A stretch of DNA of 64,000 bases. Origin: a plasmid. Under the pieces are notes generated by a model, which was not told the DNA's origin, made no database searches, and was given only the letters and a program-made list of their open reading frames with translations. The first letter of the stretch is position 1, and every line of letters begins with the position of its first letter. Where the stretch lies: sequence record NZ_LC532224.1; one strand, written 5' to 3'. A program made the translations under genes and the position numbers. This document shows, one piece after another, positions 49,701 to 60,924 of the stretch.

Positions 49701-51094
49701 TCGTCTCCAACCGGCAGGTAGTAAATACCTTTATAATTTGTAGGTGTTAACGAAACTACTTTGTTGTCTATTGTTACTGATTTTATGTCAGCAACCCCAG
49801 CCTGCCCCTGGAAAGCTGCAACGATAATCTCGTTCAGGAAGTATACGGGTGCTCGTTTAGTTAATACCTGCCCATCTTTGAGAACCATAAGCGTTGGGTT
49901 ATCAGACAGCATCAGTTTGCTTTCAGGCTCAGTGTACGTAGAAGAGTTTTTGCTCGTATTTTCTACTGTAAAAGTCGCTGCGTAGGACCCGTTTATAAGA
50001 TCCGTTAAGTCAAAGATATAGAGGTACTCATCACCGACTTTTTGAGGTCCACTTACCGGCTGTAAAGTTCTACGTAAAGGGGTTGCCCAGGACTGTTTGA
50101 AATCAATCTCAGTGCCATCATCTAAAGTCACTTTAGTCGTCGGCTTAAACACGCCATCCGGAGTCATAGTGAGCGACATAGCTGTTGGGAGCCACCATTC
50201 ACCTTCTGTTTCTTGCTGGGGTACCTTAACGGCCACAGCAACGGTTTTGGCTCCGGTATAGATGTCCTGGCCACCTACTTTGATTGTTTTAGCCTCATCG
50301 GTAAAATTCCAAAGTGTATGGTCTACTACAGGAGGCCGATAATCCCAGTTAACAACAAGCTTTTTGGATTCAGGAGGTGCGAAATAATTATTCTTAGAGT
50401 TTGCTGTAATTGTGATATCACGTGAACCCAAAAGTTCATCTGTATCACTGGCCTTAATGCTTCCAACTTCAATGGTACAGGAAGTTCCGCCAATAGGTAC
50501 TTCACAGGCGGAGCCTGAACCTATTGAGATGTATTGAATATAATTGCGGGGTTCAACAGAAACAGCGATATCTTTGATCGCTTCATCCTTTAAATACGAT
50601 TTGAAAGAAAAGCCGTCATAGACTAATCCGTTCAGGGATGATTTAAGACCGGTGATAGTTGGTTTTACCGGTGCCACACTTTTGATTGAATATTCACCTT
50701 TTACTATTTCAACTTTTTTCCGTTCAGAACCAGAGAAGTAAGAAATCTTGTAAGGTAGTTTTAAATCACCGGTGGTGTTGGGAACGCCTGAAAGAGTGAA
50801 GCCGTTAGAAGTTAATCCCAAGGTATTGGGTAACCACTCAAAAAAACAAACGAGGTTATCAACAGAGGAAGTCGCTCGATCATCAACCGTTACATTACAG
50901 GCTGTGCCTGCACCTGAGGCAGTGATAGTGTTAGAATTAACGTATGCAACAAAGTCGCCCGGCCCCGGGTCAAAGGATACGGCTGGCAAATCAGCCTGTA
51001 GCTTTCCTGAAATCATAATCGCTTCAGCATAGACCGCTTTAATCGGAGCAATTAAAGAAAACAACAGGGCTAAACCTAAACCTGATTTTCTCAT
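46790..51094 (-). CDS. rsp: large secreted bacterial Ig-like repeat protein (RSP-like)
   Basis: 1434 aa; signal peptide; Thr/Ser/Val/Asn-rich beta repeats throughout; size and location match the Ig-like RSP protein of IncHI plasmids. Confidence 0.55.
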   Translation of the reverse strand: MRKSGLGLALLFSLIAPIKAVYAEAIMISGKLQADLPAVSFDPGPGDFVAYVNSNTITASGAGTACNVTVDDRATSSVDNLVCFFEWLPNTLGLTSNGFTLSGVPNTTGDLKLPYKISYFSGSERKKVEIVKGEYSIKSVAPVKPTITGLKSSLNGLVYDGFSFKSYLKDEAIKDIAVSVEPRNYIQYISIGSGSACEVPIGGTSCTIEVGSIKASDTDELLGSRDITITANSKNNYFAPPESKKLVVNWDYRPPVVDHTLWNFTDEAKTIKVGGQDIYTGAKTVAVAVKVPQQETEGEWWLPTAMSLTMTPDGVFKPTTKVTLDDGTEIDFKQSWATPLRRTLQPVSGPQKVGDEYLYIFDLTDLINGSYAATFTVENTSKNSSTYTEPESKLMLSDNPTLMVLKDGQVLTKRAPVYFLNEIIVAAFQGQAGVADIKSVTIDNKVVSLTPTNYKGIYYLPVGDDLAVNSDHEITVVAENLYGKNVNFSTVFTYQPTGFTLKNLEKNVTLYSRVRQYTDLLSQTAGDKCTLFTTEENANAYLAWYGEKSDVTACYPQWNNVPDGLEFYFKGRTPGLTGFFNKTGENLLDYQVYMINGKGSKAVSARNRRTLTTQLPYNPIISYKKNKVIAGINPNTALAYTTGGEAARILAKVVPADVTMIVSQNGSEAVKTSFKNRSSNNDATTFVQRVKVAAAPLWTKNVFDIAVEYSKDPELRTTDTLNVYTVPDFNIRASMEVDDKKTATSLEVPLKVTVGRYNNSTRKSAFDRKTMGEWDVTIYSQKSVYGKDPETGRYKTTYERTALTEALPVNDAGIVETKIKIENMDLGNMRLVGVAKVRSPFSDFEMKRETSAVGIRIYKGEELEGNLSKSLIIGRIPLSTLVSFKSASTANSDALAPTEWQQSSDNGQTWTMLSDMTGKRSVSIKKTEVGKWLYRAKMTNKFTSKISYTDALTVVTYKQPKLSIDVTDILQGSDIPVTLLDNDEPIPAGTAEVLWSEDKVNWVQGDTTYTVASADTLPSTIYARMRYLDSDELAEESSWKETSARLAAAKPKRLSVSVTGVSKVEVGQKVTLEGKFTNPNSKYQNGNNVVEEWKTPDGQTFKGSSLSVTLTEQMLDKQGYAAFEYSAWLADNKENTVSTRRVSVKSWVYKFPEMKISSKLKYDMAPTTLRVALSGIKDGDYPGVTYSREWIYDKENLVITKDEGDTKEFTIENPGKYTLMVVFKDNRNNEQRIENTFVVDEQTPMNVEMTPKFSNKYMRAPLDVTLRSNIKLSHSADSIDTVTYKVNGEVIPSGKNYWAQLISGLKEKKYEITIDVVSKLGQRGSASVEFDVVKNAVPNCTLSYTETNLSWSFTNKCDDTDGKMVRYEWFINGELRNVFGSTATLSKNLNRGKQDIKVIAYDDSGDFATQHVTVFGPAEEASKSENTVSIPSSE

Positions 51095-51189
51095 GACGAA
51101 TACCTGTTTTTCTGAGCAAAATTAAACTCACTTTACGATGAAAAACAGAAATATCCGTTCGTATAACATTTAAAAAAACCTGTATTTTT

Positions 51190-52532
<1,343 letters not shown>

Positions 52533-52894
52533 CTAGACTTAACGATGTTAAAATTTTGGTTGTATTAAAATCCTCCTGCGAAAGTGAAATCATCCATGTA
52601 TTATCTTTATGATAGTCGGTGATATAAATAAAATGAGATGTAAAAGGCGTTGAGTGATTGAACTCTCCTAAGTTCCATCCATACTGTCTCACTGTATTTG
52701 AGCTAAGTTCTTTGTCGGTAATGTTCATAATTCATACCTTTCGATAAAGTCTGTAATGATAATTAGCTATCTCAAAGGCCCAGAACAACTCTTGAAATAA
52801 CCTCACTCGAAGAATTTATCATATTGAACACCCCTACCTAATAACCTTGCCGACTTAATAAATCACAATAGCCCTCCCCTGTCATTTTAAAACG

Positions 52895-53386
52895 CTACTT
52901 GAATTTTTGATAGCTTATAGTTGTTTTACGTTCTTTGTGATACTCATATGTCATCTTCTCTTTCCAGTACCAATCTTGTAAATCCTGCAAGTCTAGCCCA
53001 TTTTTCTCACGTATGCTTTCGTGTAATTCGCTAAGCGCGAGTTTATCATTAGGTTTATAAATGGCTAATTTTTCTTCAAATAAATCCAGCCAACGTTTCC
53101 CCATCTTTCGACGCAAAACAAACACCATCGTGATAATTGTACTGAAATGCACAGCAATTAGTTCCAACTTATGCGATTGCTGACCAGATAAAATTACTAT
53201 TGTAACAACAGGGATGGCCGTATATAAAGCAATCAAAGCGACCATAAGTTGATATGGTTTTTCCCGTATTACCATGTCCATGGGTAAACCAGAGGACGCT
53301 ACTGCTTGCCAAAATCTTAAATACCTTCCGATGGACTTAAACCTTTTCCCGTTTTTATGCATAAACCTGTTTTTATTTACTATCAT
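52895..53386 (-). CDS. hypothetical membrane protein
   Basis: 163 aa; two hydrophobic helices. Confidence 0.4.
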   Translation of the reverse strand: MIVNKNRFMHKNGKRFKSIGRYLRFWQAVASSGLPMDMVIREKPYQLMVALIALYTAIPVVTIVILSGQQSHKLELIAVHFSTIITMVFVLRRKMGKRWLDLFEEKLAIYKPNDKLALSELHESIREKNGLDLQDLQDWYWKEKMTYEYHKERKTTISYQKFK

Positions 53387-53470
53387 GTTAGACCTCTATT
53401 TTTCTGTAATTCTAGAAGAATGTTACCTTAACCCTTAACAGGGATAACACCGCATGTATTATCTCCATAA

Positions 53471-53986
53471 TCAAAGCGCAGGGCCGGTAATAAAAAGTAC
53501 CATACCATCGATGTGTAGTTCGTTCAGTGCATCCCTGTCCGTGGATAGCTTTCTAATGTTGTCAGGAGTTGCATCAATCGGGTATAAATCTTGCGTCAGT
53601 TTGACGAGATTCTTCTCAGTGCAGGTAAGACCGCCTTCAGCGAGAGTGCGCAGGTAATCACTAAACACGACTTCTTTTTCATCAGAGGTAAGTCGCTCGA
53701 AGTACCCCATATGTTCGGACGTGAAATTCTCATCTGCAATACTTCTCACTACTGAGATGATATCCGACCTTATGACCAACTCCCGCACCGCAGCATAAAA
53801 AATCCTGCCGTAATGTCCTGACACGTTTTCCTTTGCGAGCCACCAGCGCTCATCCGTGGTAACGGGTACTGTGGTCGGGGATGCCAGTAGCAGAACGGGG
53901 CTTAAACCGGATCGCGATAACCCTTCAGCAAAAGCTTCTTCAGGAAGACTGCTAACAGGCTTGCCTTGATAACGTGCTTCTACCAT
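53471..53986 (-). CDS. hypothetical protein
   Basis: 171-aa ORF co-directional with the large ORF. Confidence 0.45.
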   Translation of the reverse strand: MVEARYQGKPVSSLPEEAFAEGLSRSGLSPVLLLASPTTVPVTTDERWWLAKENVSGHYGRIFYAAVRELVIRSDIISVVRSIADENFTSEHMGYFERLTSDEKEVVFSDYLRTLAEGGLTCTEKNLVKLTQDLYPIDATPDNIRKLSTDRDALNELHIDGMVLFITGPAL

Positions 53987-54093
53987 CTATGCTTCTCCTT
54001 TCTGATGTAGGCATGACTGCCTTCTATTTAAGCAATCAGTAAACCGGATTGAGCTGAGCAACGTTATCCTTCTCCCATCATTGCTTGCCACTT

Positions 54094-54405
54094 TTACCAT
54101 AAGCGCCAAACAATTAGCCCCATTATTCCGGTTGTAAACTGAACCTTAACACTAACCAGTATGAATCGGTCATCTGGGGCAAAGTGTCCACCGGGTTGAA
54201 GTAGCCAGGTTGTTAGCGGCGGATGGAAAGCCAGTACGAATCCGTAAACTATAAAAGCCAAGCTCAGTAAAAGAAGGAGCATGCGCCCAATACGTTTGAG
54301 TTGATAAGATAAACTCGCGCTAGTTTTTCGTGGGGGTACGATATGGTCTTTCAACACTGTCTCCTTGCCAGCAAATGCCGAAGCGCTGGCATAAAGATTA
54401 AACAA
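54094..54405 (-). CDS. small membrane protein
   Basis: 103 aa; central TM (LLLLLSLAFIVYGFVLAF). Confidence 0.4.
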   Translation of the reverse strand: MFNLYASASAFAGKETVLKDHIVPPRKTSASLSYQLKRIGRMLLLLLSLAFIVYGFVLAFHPPLTTWLLQPGGHFAPDDRFILVSVKVQFTTGIMGLIVWRLW

Positions 54406-54550
54406 TTTTTATGCCAGTTACTCCGGCGAGATGGGTGATAATCCTCGTTGCCATCATAAAGCCTTATCTCTTTCAAATTTGAGCGATAAGGGGTCTTTGA
54501 GCCTGTAATGGCTTTTTGTTTGATGTTTTGATGGCACCTGCCCCCGCGTT

Positions 54551-57500
54551 TTACCATGACCGAAGTACATAGCGGCTCACACCTTCTGCTGGCTGTTGCC
54601 ACTCGCTATTCTCCGTTGACGGTCTGAGGCGCGTCGAGCCCCGGGAGATGTTTTTCATCGCCTGCTCAAGAGTGTCCATCCTGTAGGTTTTGATGTTCAC
54701 CCCTTCTTCAGAAATAGGCCCCAGCAGTTCCGTAACCTCACGCTCACCCTGATAAATATCGACCCACTGTGTAATATTCACCTTATCACCATTCGCATCA
54801 ATGCCACGTCGGTTAAAGTGGTCAATTTCAAACTCACACACGGTTACCGGTACCAGCCCCTCCGGGCGCGGATACCCGAGTATTTCATCAAAACCAGGTT
54901 CCCCTTCATCAGTGACCAGATCAGGCGTCAAATAGAGTTTTCCGTTACGGGAAAAATGCGCAACATGGCAGGACCACTGGTCATTTAACATCGTTGGCAT
55001 GCTTGTGAACATTCCTGAATACCACCGTCTGGCATTATCAACTGATTTGGTGACGAGGATTTCATCTGGTACTTCCCCGTTGTCCATGGTGTAAAAACTG
55101 AGAGACAGAGCGGTATTTCTGCGTGAAAGTAGCTTTTCTTTATTGACCTCTTTATTTTCAAATTTGGACAGGTATTCCTCAAGGAACAGCGCCTGCAACT
55201 CGGGTGTCGGCGCTTTCTGATAAAACCAGTCGGCCAGGTCTTTAGTGCCAATATAGATGAGGCTGGCTTTACCTTTTTCGCTCTTGACCGCAACAGGAGC
55301 CATTAGGCTTACTTGCTGTACGTACTCACTGGTTTCATTGATACTTTCATAGGCCTCAATCCACTGGCCAAGCAGATTGGTGTAAATCACCGGATCGTTC
55401 AGCTTTAAAAACTGCTTAAGAGCCTGAGCGCCACGGGAGCATGTATCAAAATAACGCTGCTTCTCTTCGAAGCTTTTGAAAGCAGTCTTTTTGCCCGACC
55501 ATGTGGCCACCAGCTGTTCATCTTCGAACAGGGTGTTTTCAGCTGGTAAGAAGTGTTTCATTTTCGCAAAACGTTGATGAGTGACGTTTAAGACATTTCG
55601 GGATGTAGCAAGTACCATTCGATGAACCCAGGCATGCCCTTCCATCCGGTTGTCGCATTCAAAATTTGCTGGTGCGGCATATGCAACAAGTTTCCCTGAA
55701 GCATTTACCGATAACCTGACCAGCTCATAGCCTTTGCTGCTAATAAAATTACGAACCCCGGGAAGATGTTTGAGCCCCACATCAGCGAGCATATAGAGCT
55801 GGTTCAGGAGCTCTTTGGAGCCCTTCTCTGTACTCATGGCAGCTTCCAGCGTCGCCCCCCTGTTATCAGCTCGCCAGGCTACAATGCATCGATCTATCAA
55901 CTCTGATCTCAGATTAGGCTGGCCAATATTTCCATCGGCCAGAGCCTGGCTCAGCATCTGCCGGTAAGGTTCTTCTGCCTCACGCTCGGCACGAATATAA
56001 TTTAAAGCCATCTTGAAGAAGCGAATGTAAAACAGGTGATTAGACCTGAATTTACGTCTGTGAATGTACCATTCGAGCTCCTCCGCTTTAATGGTATCCA
56101 TGCACAGGAAACCCAGTTCAGCATCATTCCTGCTGGACTCCTTAAATAAAGACAAATTCACCTTACAATTGAAATCTCGATCCGTTGAGTATCTGTTTAC
56201 TGTTGCGTTGACACAGATATCGTCTCCCTGACGGAATGCAATAACCGGCTCATAGTTTTTATGGGTTCTCCCAAGCCATTTATAGCCAGAGTAGCTGTTG
56301 TCTTCCTGAACTGCTCCTGGTGCTGTCACTGGGTTCATCAACGAATCCCAGTTGCACATTACCCGGGATCCGGACTGAAGGCATGAGTTTGCCTGTTCAA
56401 GATAACTTTGCAGAGACGGCCGTGTCTCAGCCATACCCAAAAGGCCAGAACCGTCTTTGTCGTGCAGAAATTGGAAGTACCGTTCCTGGAACTCAAGGCT
56501 CAGAAAACTGTAAGGGGTATTGGTATCATAGAAATCACCAAATAGTTTGAGCCGGTGATCGAGGCCGCAGATAAGGATCAGGAAACGACGGTAGTGAAGT
56601 GCCATAAGATCATGCTGCTTCAGTCGGTCGGTATAACTGACGTCCTCAAACTTTATGGTGCTGCCATCAATCCCCTGGAAATGTGCTTCCTGTTCGCTGG
56701 CGGAAGGGAATAGCTGCGAAGCCCCAAGATGGCTTTCTACCGAAGAGTAAACCTGATGAATATTTTGACCGTCCCGGACCAGAAGGAATACAACCCGGTT
56801 CCTGTCATTGCGGACATGATTTTCCCAGGGATCGCGGTAATCGATATAACGTCGTGTTGTGGCCATACATACGATGGAACGTTCGGACGGAAAAATCTGC
56901 TCCACCAGCCCGGGGCTGGTTCGTAAAGTTTCATGAAATTTTTCCATATCAGAGAAGTCGAACCAGCTATCGAGATCGCACCATACGGCCAGCTCTTCAT
57001 CCACCATCAGCTTTGCCTGAACGACCTGGAGCGGGAGGTGTGATGGAGCGGATTCACCCTTCACGATATTCACTACCTCAACGTCTTTGCCGGTATACAG
57101 TTCCAGACTGCCAACGCCATCGTGGATTTTCTTCACATATTCCATGGCTTCTTCTGTAGTGGCCAGACTTGCCGCTGCAACTTCCTCGAAATAGGGCAGC
57201 ATTCTTTTGCTGGCATTAGCGATTGCCTGCGTTCGTTGTGTGATGATTTTGCTGATGGCTGTGCTGATCTGCCCTTCTTTTAAGGCCGCTTCTCTGATTT
57301 GTTCAATGCGGGTATCTGAAATACCAGAGGACAGAGCATTTTGAACTGATCCAATCGCCAGTGAGGTTACCGCCTGCTGCTCTTGTGGGGGCACTAACGC
57401 AACGCTAAGGCCCGTCACAGGGTTTTCACGGTCATCTGTACCTAATTGCTCAATCGCAAGGTCACGGAACCCCTGAGCATCGCTCACGAGGGCTGTAAGC

Positions 57501-57886
57501 GATGCCTGTAGGCTATTCACTTCTTCCTGAGCTTGTCTGAGTTCAGCATCCCGGATTACCTTATGGTCGGGTTCAAATACAAAACTGGACAGAAAATCCT
57601 TAACCAGGAAGCGATGCTCTCGCATTTCTTTGCCACGTTCCCTACGGTTGCCGCTGCTGTCTTCAGTGACAATAGCTACAGTCTGACCGTAAACGCGGGG
57701 ATGGGCGCGTAGAATCACTGTGTGCAGCTTATCTTCAACGTAACGCAAAGACGTAATGAGCAGCGTATCCCCTGCCACAATACCCTCTTCAGGGATGCTG
57801 TCAGTGGACGTCCAGTACTGACCCGCCAGCAAAGAATGAAATCGCTCTAAACGGTCAATGTTATTTTTGCTGACCAGGTCACCCAT
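54551..57886 (-). CDS. large hypothetical protein, no recognisable domain
   Basis: uninterrupted 1111-aa ORF; AT-rich upstream region; no P-loop or known catalytic motif seen. Confidence 0.6.
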   Translation of the reverse strand: MGDLVSKNNIDRLERFHSLLAGQYWTSTDSIPEEGIVAGDTLLITSLRYVEDKLHTVILRAHPRVYGQTVAIVTEDSSGNRRERGKEMREHRFLVKDFLSSFVFEPDHKVIRDAELRQAQEEVNSLQASLTALVSDAQGFRDLAIEQLGTDDRENPVTGLSVALVPPQEQQAVTSLAIGSVQNALSSGISDTRIEQIREAALKEGQISTAISKIITQRTQAIANASKRMLPYFEEVAAASLATTEEAMEYVKKIHDGVGSLELYTGKDVEVVNIVKGESAPSHLPLQVVQAKLMVDEELAVWCDLDSWFDFSDMEKFHETLRTSPGLVEQIFPSERSIVCMATTRRYIDYRDPWENHVRNDRNRVVFLLVRDGQNIHQVYSSVESHLGASQLFPSASEQEAHFQGIDGSTIKFEDVSYTDRLKQHDLMALHYRRFLILICGLDHRLKLFGDFYDTNTPYSFLSLEFQERYFQFLHDKDGSGLLGMAETRPSLQSYLEQANSCLQSGSRVMCNWDSLMNPVTAPGAVQEDNSYSGYKWLGRTHKNYEPVIAFRQGDDICVNATVNRYSTDRDFNCKVNLSLFKESSRNDAELGFLCMDTIKAEELEWYIHRRKFRSNHLFYIRFFKMALNYIRAEREAEEPYRQMLSQALADGNIGQPNLRSELIDRCIVAWRADNRGATLEAAMSTEKGSKELLNQLYMLADVGLKHLPGVRNFISSKGYELVRLSVNASGKLVAYAAPANFECDNRMEGHAWVHRMVLATSRNVLNVTHQRFAKMKHFLPAENTLFEDEQLVATWSGKKTAFKSFEEKQRYFDTCSRGAQALKQFLKLNDPVIYTNLLGQWIEAYESINETSEYVQQVSLMAPVAVKSEKGKASLIYIGTKDLADWFYQKAPTPELQALFLEEYLSKFENKEVNKEKLLSRRNTALSLSFYTMDNGEVPDEILVTKSVDNARRWYSGMFTSMPTMLNDQWSCHVAHFSRNGKLYLTPDLVTDEGEPGFDEILGYPRPEGLVPVTVCEFEIDHFNRRGIDANGDKVNITQWVDIYQGEREVTELLGPISEEGVNIKTYRMDTLEQAMKNISRGSTRLRPSTENSEWQQPAEGVSRYVLRSW

Positions 57887-58108
57887 ATACCTTTCCTTCC
57901 AGATTCGTATGTTAGGTGAATCATACCAGATTGCACTTACCGTCTAATAACTCAAAAAACACCAACTTCGGCATTCACTAGAAATGAATCCGTCCACTAT
58001 TATTCATTAATTAAATAGATTCTTAGATATGAATAGCGCATTGCTTTTAAAGCAGGTTTCGCAAAGGGTTAAAAAAGGCTTCTTAAGTGAAGCCTTTAAT
58101 AATAAATG

Positions 58109-58462
58109 CTACTTATCTTCAGAGGGATACATTTCCCAGTATTTATTACGTACATTAACAAGGCAATGGTCTGCTGTTTCTGAAGCGCCTTTGTCGCGGT
58201 TTACAAAGGCTTCTGCAACTTCATCCAACTTATCCGGTACCGTATTTAATGGTAATGCCTGCTTCAGGTTGGTGGTTACCAGTTCCTTTGCTTTATCATG
58301 ATTAAGTTCAGTTCGGATGCTTGCATCTTTACAAATATCATCAACCTTACCATCAAGAATAATGTTTGGGATAGGTTCGTTTTCAACTTTATGTGTAGTA
58401 TTAGCAGAGGAGCCAAAAGCGACTGACATCATCGCACACAGCAGAATATTTTTTAATTTCAT
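58109..58462 (-). CDS. small secreted/periplasmic protein
   Basis: 117 aa; signal peptide MKLKNILLCAMMSVAFGSSA; two Cys. Confidence 0.45.
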   Translation of the reverse strand: MKLKNILLCAMMSVAFGSSANTTHKVENEPIPNIILDGKVDDICKDASIRTELNHDKAKELVTTNLKQALPLNTVPDKLDEVAEAFVNRDKGASETADHCLVNVRNKYWEMYPSEDK

Positions 58463-58804
58463 AGTTCACTCCATTATGACTATTGATATCTACTTATGAA
58501 GTATTAGTTATATCATGTTTGCCGTCAAAACATAGAACCCACTGTTTTGACTTTAAACATATCATGCTACAACGTTTTTTTGCACGTGACTTTAGTAGGC
58601 ATGATTTATGAGGTTTCAGCAGGACGTCAGATTGTTGTCGATCCAGTATTGATGCAAGCCTACCGTCCATTTCTTCGATAAGGCCGAAAGTAAAAGCGCT
58701 AAACCACAGCAGTTACCAGGAGTAAAAATTCGTATGGGATCTGGAGAACCGACTTTAACACTCATAATGAACTCCAGAATGTTGCCATGGGTAATGACTC
58801 CAAC

Positions 58805-59308
58805 TTATTGATAGTGTTTTATGTTCAGATAATGCCCGATGACTTTGTCATGCAGCTCCACCGATTTTGAGAACGACAGCGACTTCCGTCCCAGCCGTGC
58901 CAGGTGCTGCCTCAGATTCAGGTTATGCCGCTCAATTCGCTGCGTATATCGCTTGCTGATTACGTGCAGCTTTCCCTTCAGGCGGGATTCATACAGCGGC
59001 CAGCCATCCGTCATCCATATCACCACGTCAAAGGGTGACAGCAGGCTCATAAGACGCCCCAGCGTCGCCATCGTGCGTTCACCGAATACGTGCGCAACAA
59101 CCGTCTTCCGGAGCCTGTCATACGCGTAAAACAGCCAGCGCTGGCGCGATTTAGCCCCGACGTATCCCCACTGTTCGTCCATTTCCGCGCAGACGATGAC
59201 GTCACTGCCCGGCTGTATGCGCGAGGTTACCGACTGCGGCCTGAGTTTTTTAAATGGCGGAAAATCGTGTTGAGGCCAACGCCCATAATGCGGGCGGTTG
59301 CCCGGCAT
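58805..59308 (-). CDS. insB: IS1 InsB (expressed as InsAB' by frameshift)
   Basis: [27 protein letters not shown]... canonical InsB. Confidence 0.9.
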   Translation of the reverse strand: MPGNRPHYGRWPQHDFPPFKKLRPQSVTSRIQPGSDVIVCAEMDEQWGYVGAKSRQRWLFYAYDRLRKTVVAHVFGERTMATLGRLMSLLSPFDVVIWMTDGWPLYESRLKGKLHVISKRYTQRIERHNLNLRQHLARLGRKSLSFSKSVELHDKVIGHYLNIKHYQ

Positions 59309-59502
59309 CCAACGCCATTCATGGCCATATCAATGATTTTCTGGTGCGTACCGGGTTGAGAAGCGGTGTAAGTGAACTGCAGTTGCCATGTTTTACGGCA
59401 GTGAGAGCAGAGATAGCGCTGATGTCCGGCAGTGCTTTTGCCGTTACGCACCACCCCGTCAGTAGCTGAACAGGAGGGACAGCTGATAGAAACAGAAGCC
59501 AC
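59227..59502 (-). CDS. insA: IS1 InsA
   Basis: [39 protein letters not shown]... Confidence 0.9.
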   Translation of the reverse strand: MASVSISCPSCSATDGVVRNGKSTAGHQRYLCSHCRKTWQLQFTYTASQPGTHQKIIDMAMNGVGCRATARIMGVGLNTIFRHLKNSGRSR

Positions 59503-59557
59503 TGGAGCACCTCAAAAACACCATCATACACTAAATCAGTAAGTTGGCAGCATCACC

Positions 59558-60371
59558 TGAAATGACTACCCTGCTGTCGCCTGATGAGCGTACGGCAATG
59601 CGTCAGGGGGTCATCAGCCAGCGAACTGCATGGATACGTGAACAAGCGAAATACTACATCGAAGCAGGGATCCCTCTGGAGATTAAAGTGGTCTGGCATA
59701 ACCGACCCTTTGAAGCCATCATCCAGGAAGTCATCAGTGCCAGGCATGATCTGGTCCTCAAGATGGCGCACCAACACGACCGCCTCGAAGCCGTAATATT
59801 TACACCAACCGACTGGCATTTATTGCGTAAATGTCCAAGTCCGGTATGGATGGTGAAAGACCAGCCATGGCCTGAAGGGGGTAAAGCACTGGTTGCCGTA
59901 AACCTCGCCAGTGAAGAGGCTTATCACAACGCGCTCAATGAAAAACTGGTCAAAGAGACGCTACAGCTTGCAGAACAGGTTAACCATACCGAAGTGCATC
60001 TGGTTGGCGCCTACCCTGTCACACCAATCAACATCGCGATTGAACTGCCTGAATTTGATCCCAGCGTTTATAACGACGCAATCCGTGGACAGCATCTGCT
60101 GGCCATGAAGGCGCTACGCCAGAAATTCAGTATTGATGAGAAAGTGACGCACGTTGAAAAAGGCTTACCTGAAGAGGTCATTCCTGATTTAGCCGAGCAC
60201 TTGCAGGCGGGTATTGTGGTATTGGGGACCGTCGGACGTACCGGTATTTCTGCTGCGTTTCTTGGTAATACCGCGGAACAGGTTATCGATCATCTACGCT
60301 GTGACCTGCTGGTCATCAAGCCGGATGAATATCAGACGCCAGTTGAACTGGACGACGAAGAAGACGATTAA
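59558..60371 (+). pseudogene. uspE: universal stress protein UspE, 5'-truncated at IS1 junction
   Basis: [25 protein letters not shown]...DDEEDD matches E. coli UspE from about residue 35; the open frame continues back into the IS1 end (ORF from 59544). Confidence 0.8.
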
Positions 60372-60419
60372 CCACACAATGAAATGCCGGATGGCGATAT
60401 CATCCGGCATTTTAAACGC

Positions 60420-60680
60420 CTAGTGTTGCTCCTCACCGCCGAGGAAATAGATACCAAGCGGGATAGCCAACAGAATCGTAAACACCATGCTGTAGACACA
60501 AATCATTGCAGATTGAATGGCGTACATTGAAGCGGTCCAGTCGGATAGCGGAATGTCATACTGTTCAATAACGCCACCGATCGTCGCTCGCGTCACGACC
60601 GACGCTGCGATAATAAACACTCCAAGCAGGCACAACAGAAACTTCCGTCCCTTCGCTGTTTTCAGCTTAGCCATGATCAT
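60420..60680 (-). CDS. ynaJ: YnaJ small membrane protein
   Basis: MIMAKLKTAKGRKFLLCLLGVFIIAASVV... 86 aa, E. coli YnaJ-like. Confidence 0.8.
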   Translation of the reverse strand: MIMAKLKTAKGRKFLLCLLGVFIIAASVVTRATIGGVIEQYDIPLSDWTASMYAIQSAMICVYSMVFTILLAIPLGIYFLGGEEQH

Positions 60681-60924
60681 AGTACTGTCCTTTTGCAGAT
60701 GAAAACCTTGTTACTTTGCGCTAACAATACCATGACATCAACTGACTGTCTGCTACATAAACCGCATACAGGGTTGACGTCAGCGTTATTTCGCTGAGAA
60801 TAGCGCTGATTGCATTATTTATCTCTCCTTTTGATTAATGATCTGACCGCCTTAACTGAGTAAAATATCTGGGGATTAGGATGTCAGATGATATTTAGCT
60901 AACACGGAGTTGCCAGGAAGAATC

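Larger units (their letters stand above)
58790..59557 (-). mobile_element. IS1 copy A, 768 bp
   Basis: ends GGTAATGACTCCAACTTATTGATAG...CAGCATCACC; encodes insA/insB; no 8-9 bp direct repeats at flanks. Confidence 0.9.

Noticed and set aside
58839-59469. Plus-strand ORFs of 96, 89 and 71 aa inside IS1 (and their twins at 62128..62758)
   Set aside because: They are antisense to insA/insB and reflect the GC-rich composition of IS1.
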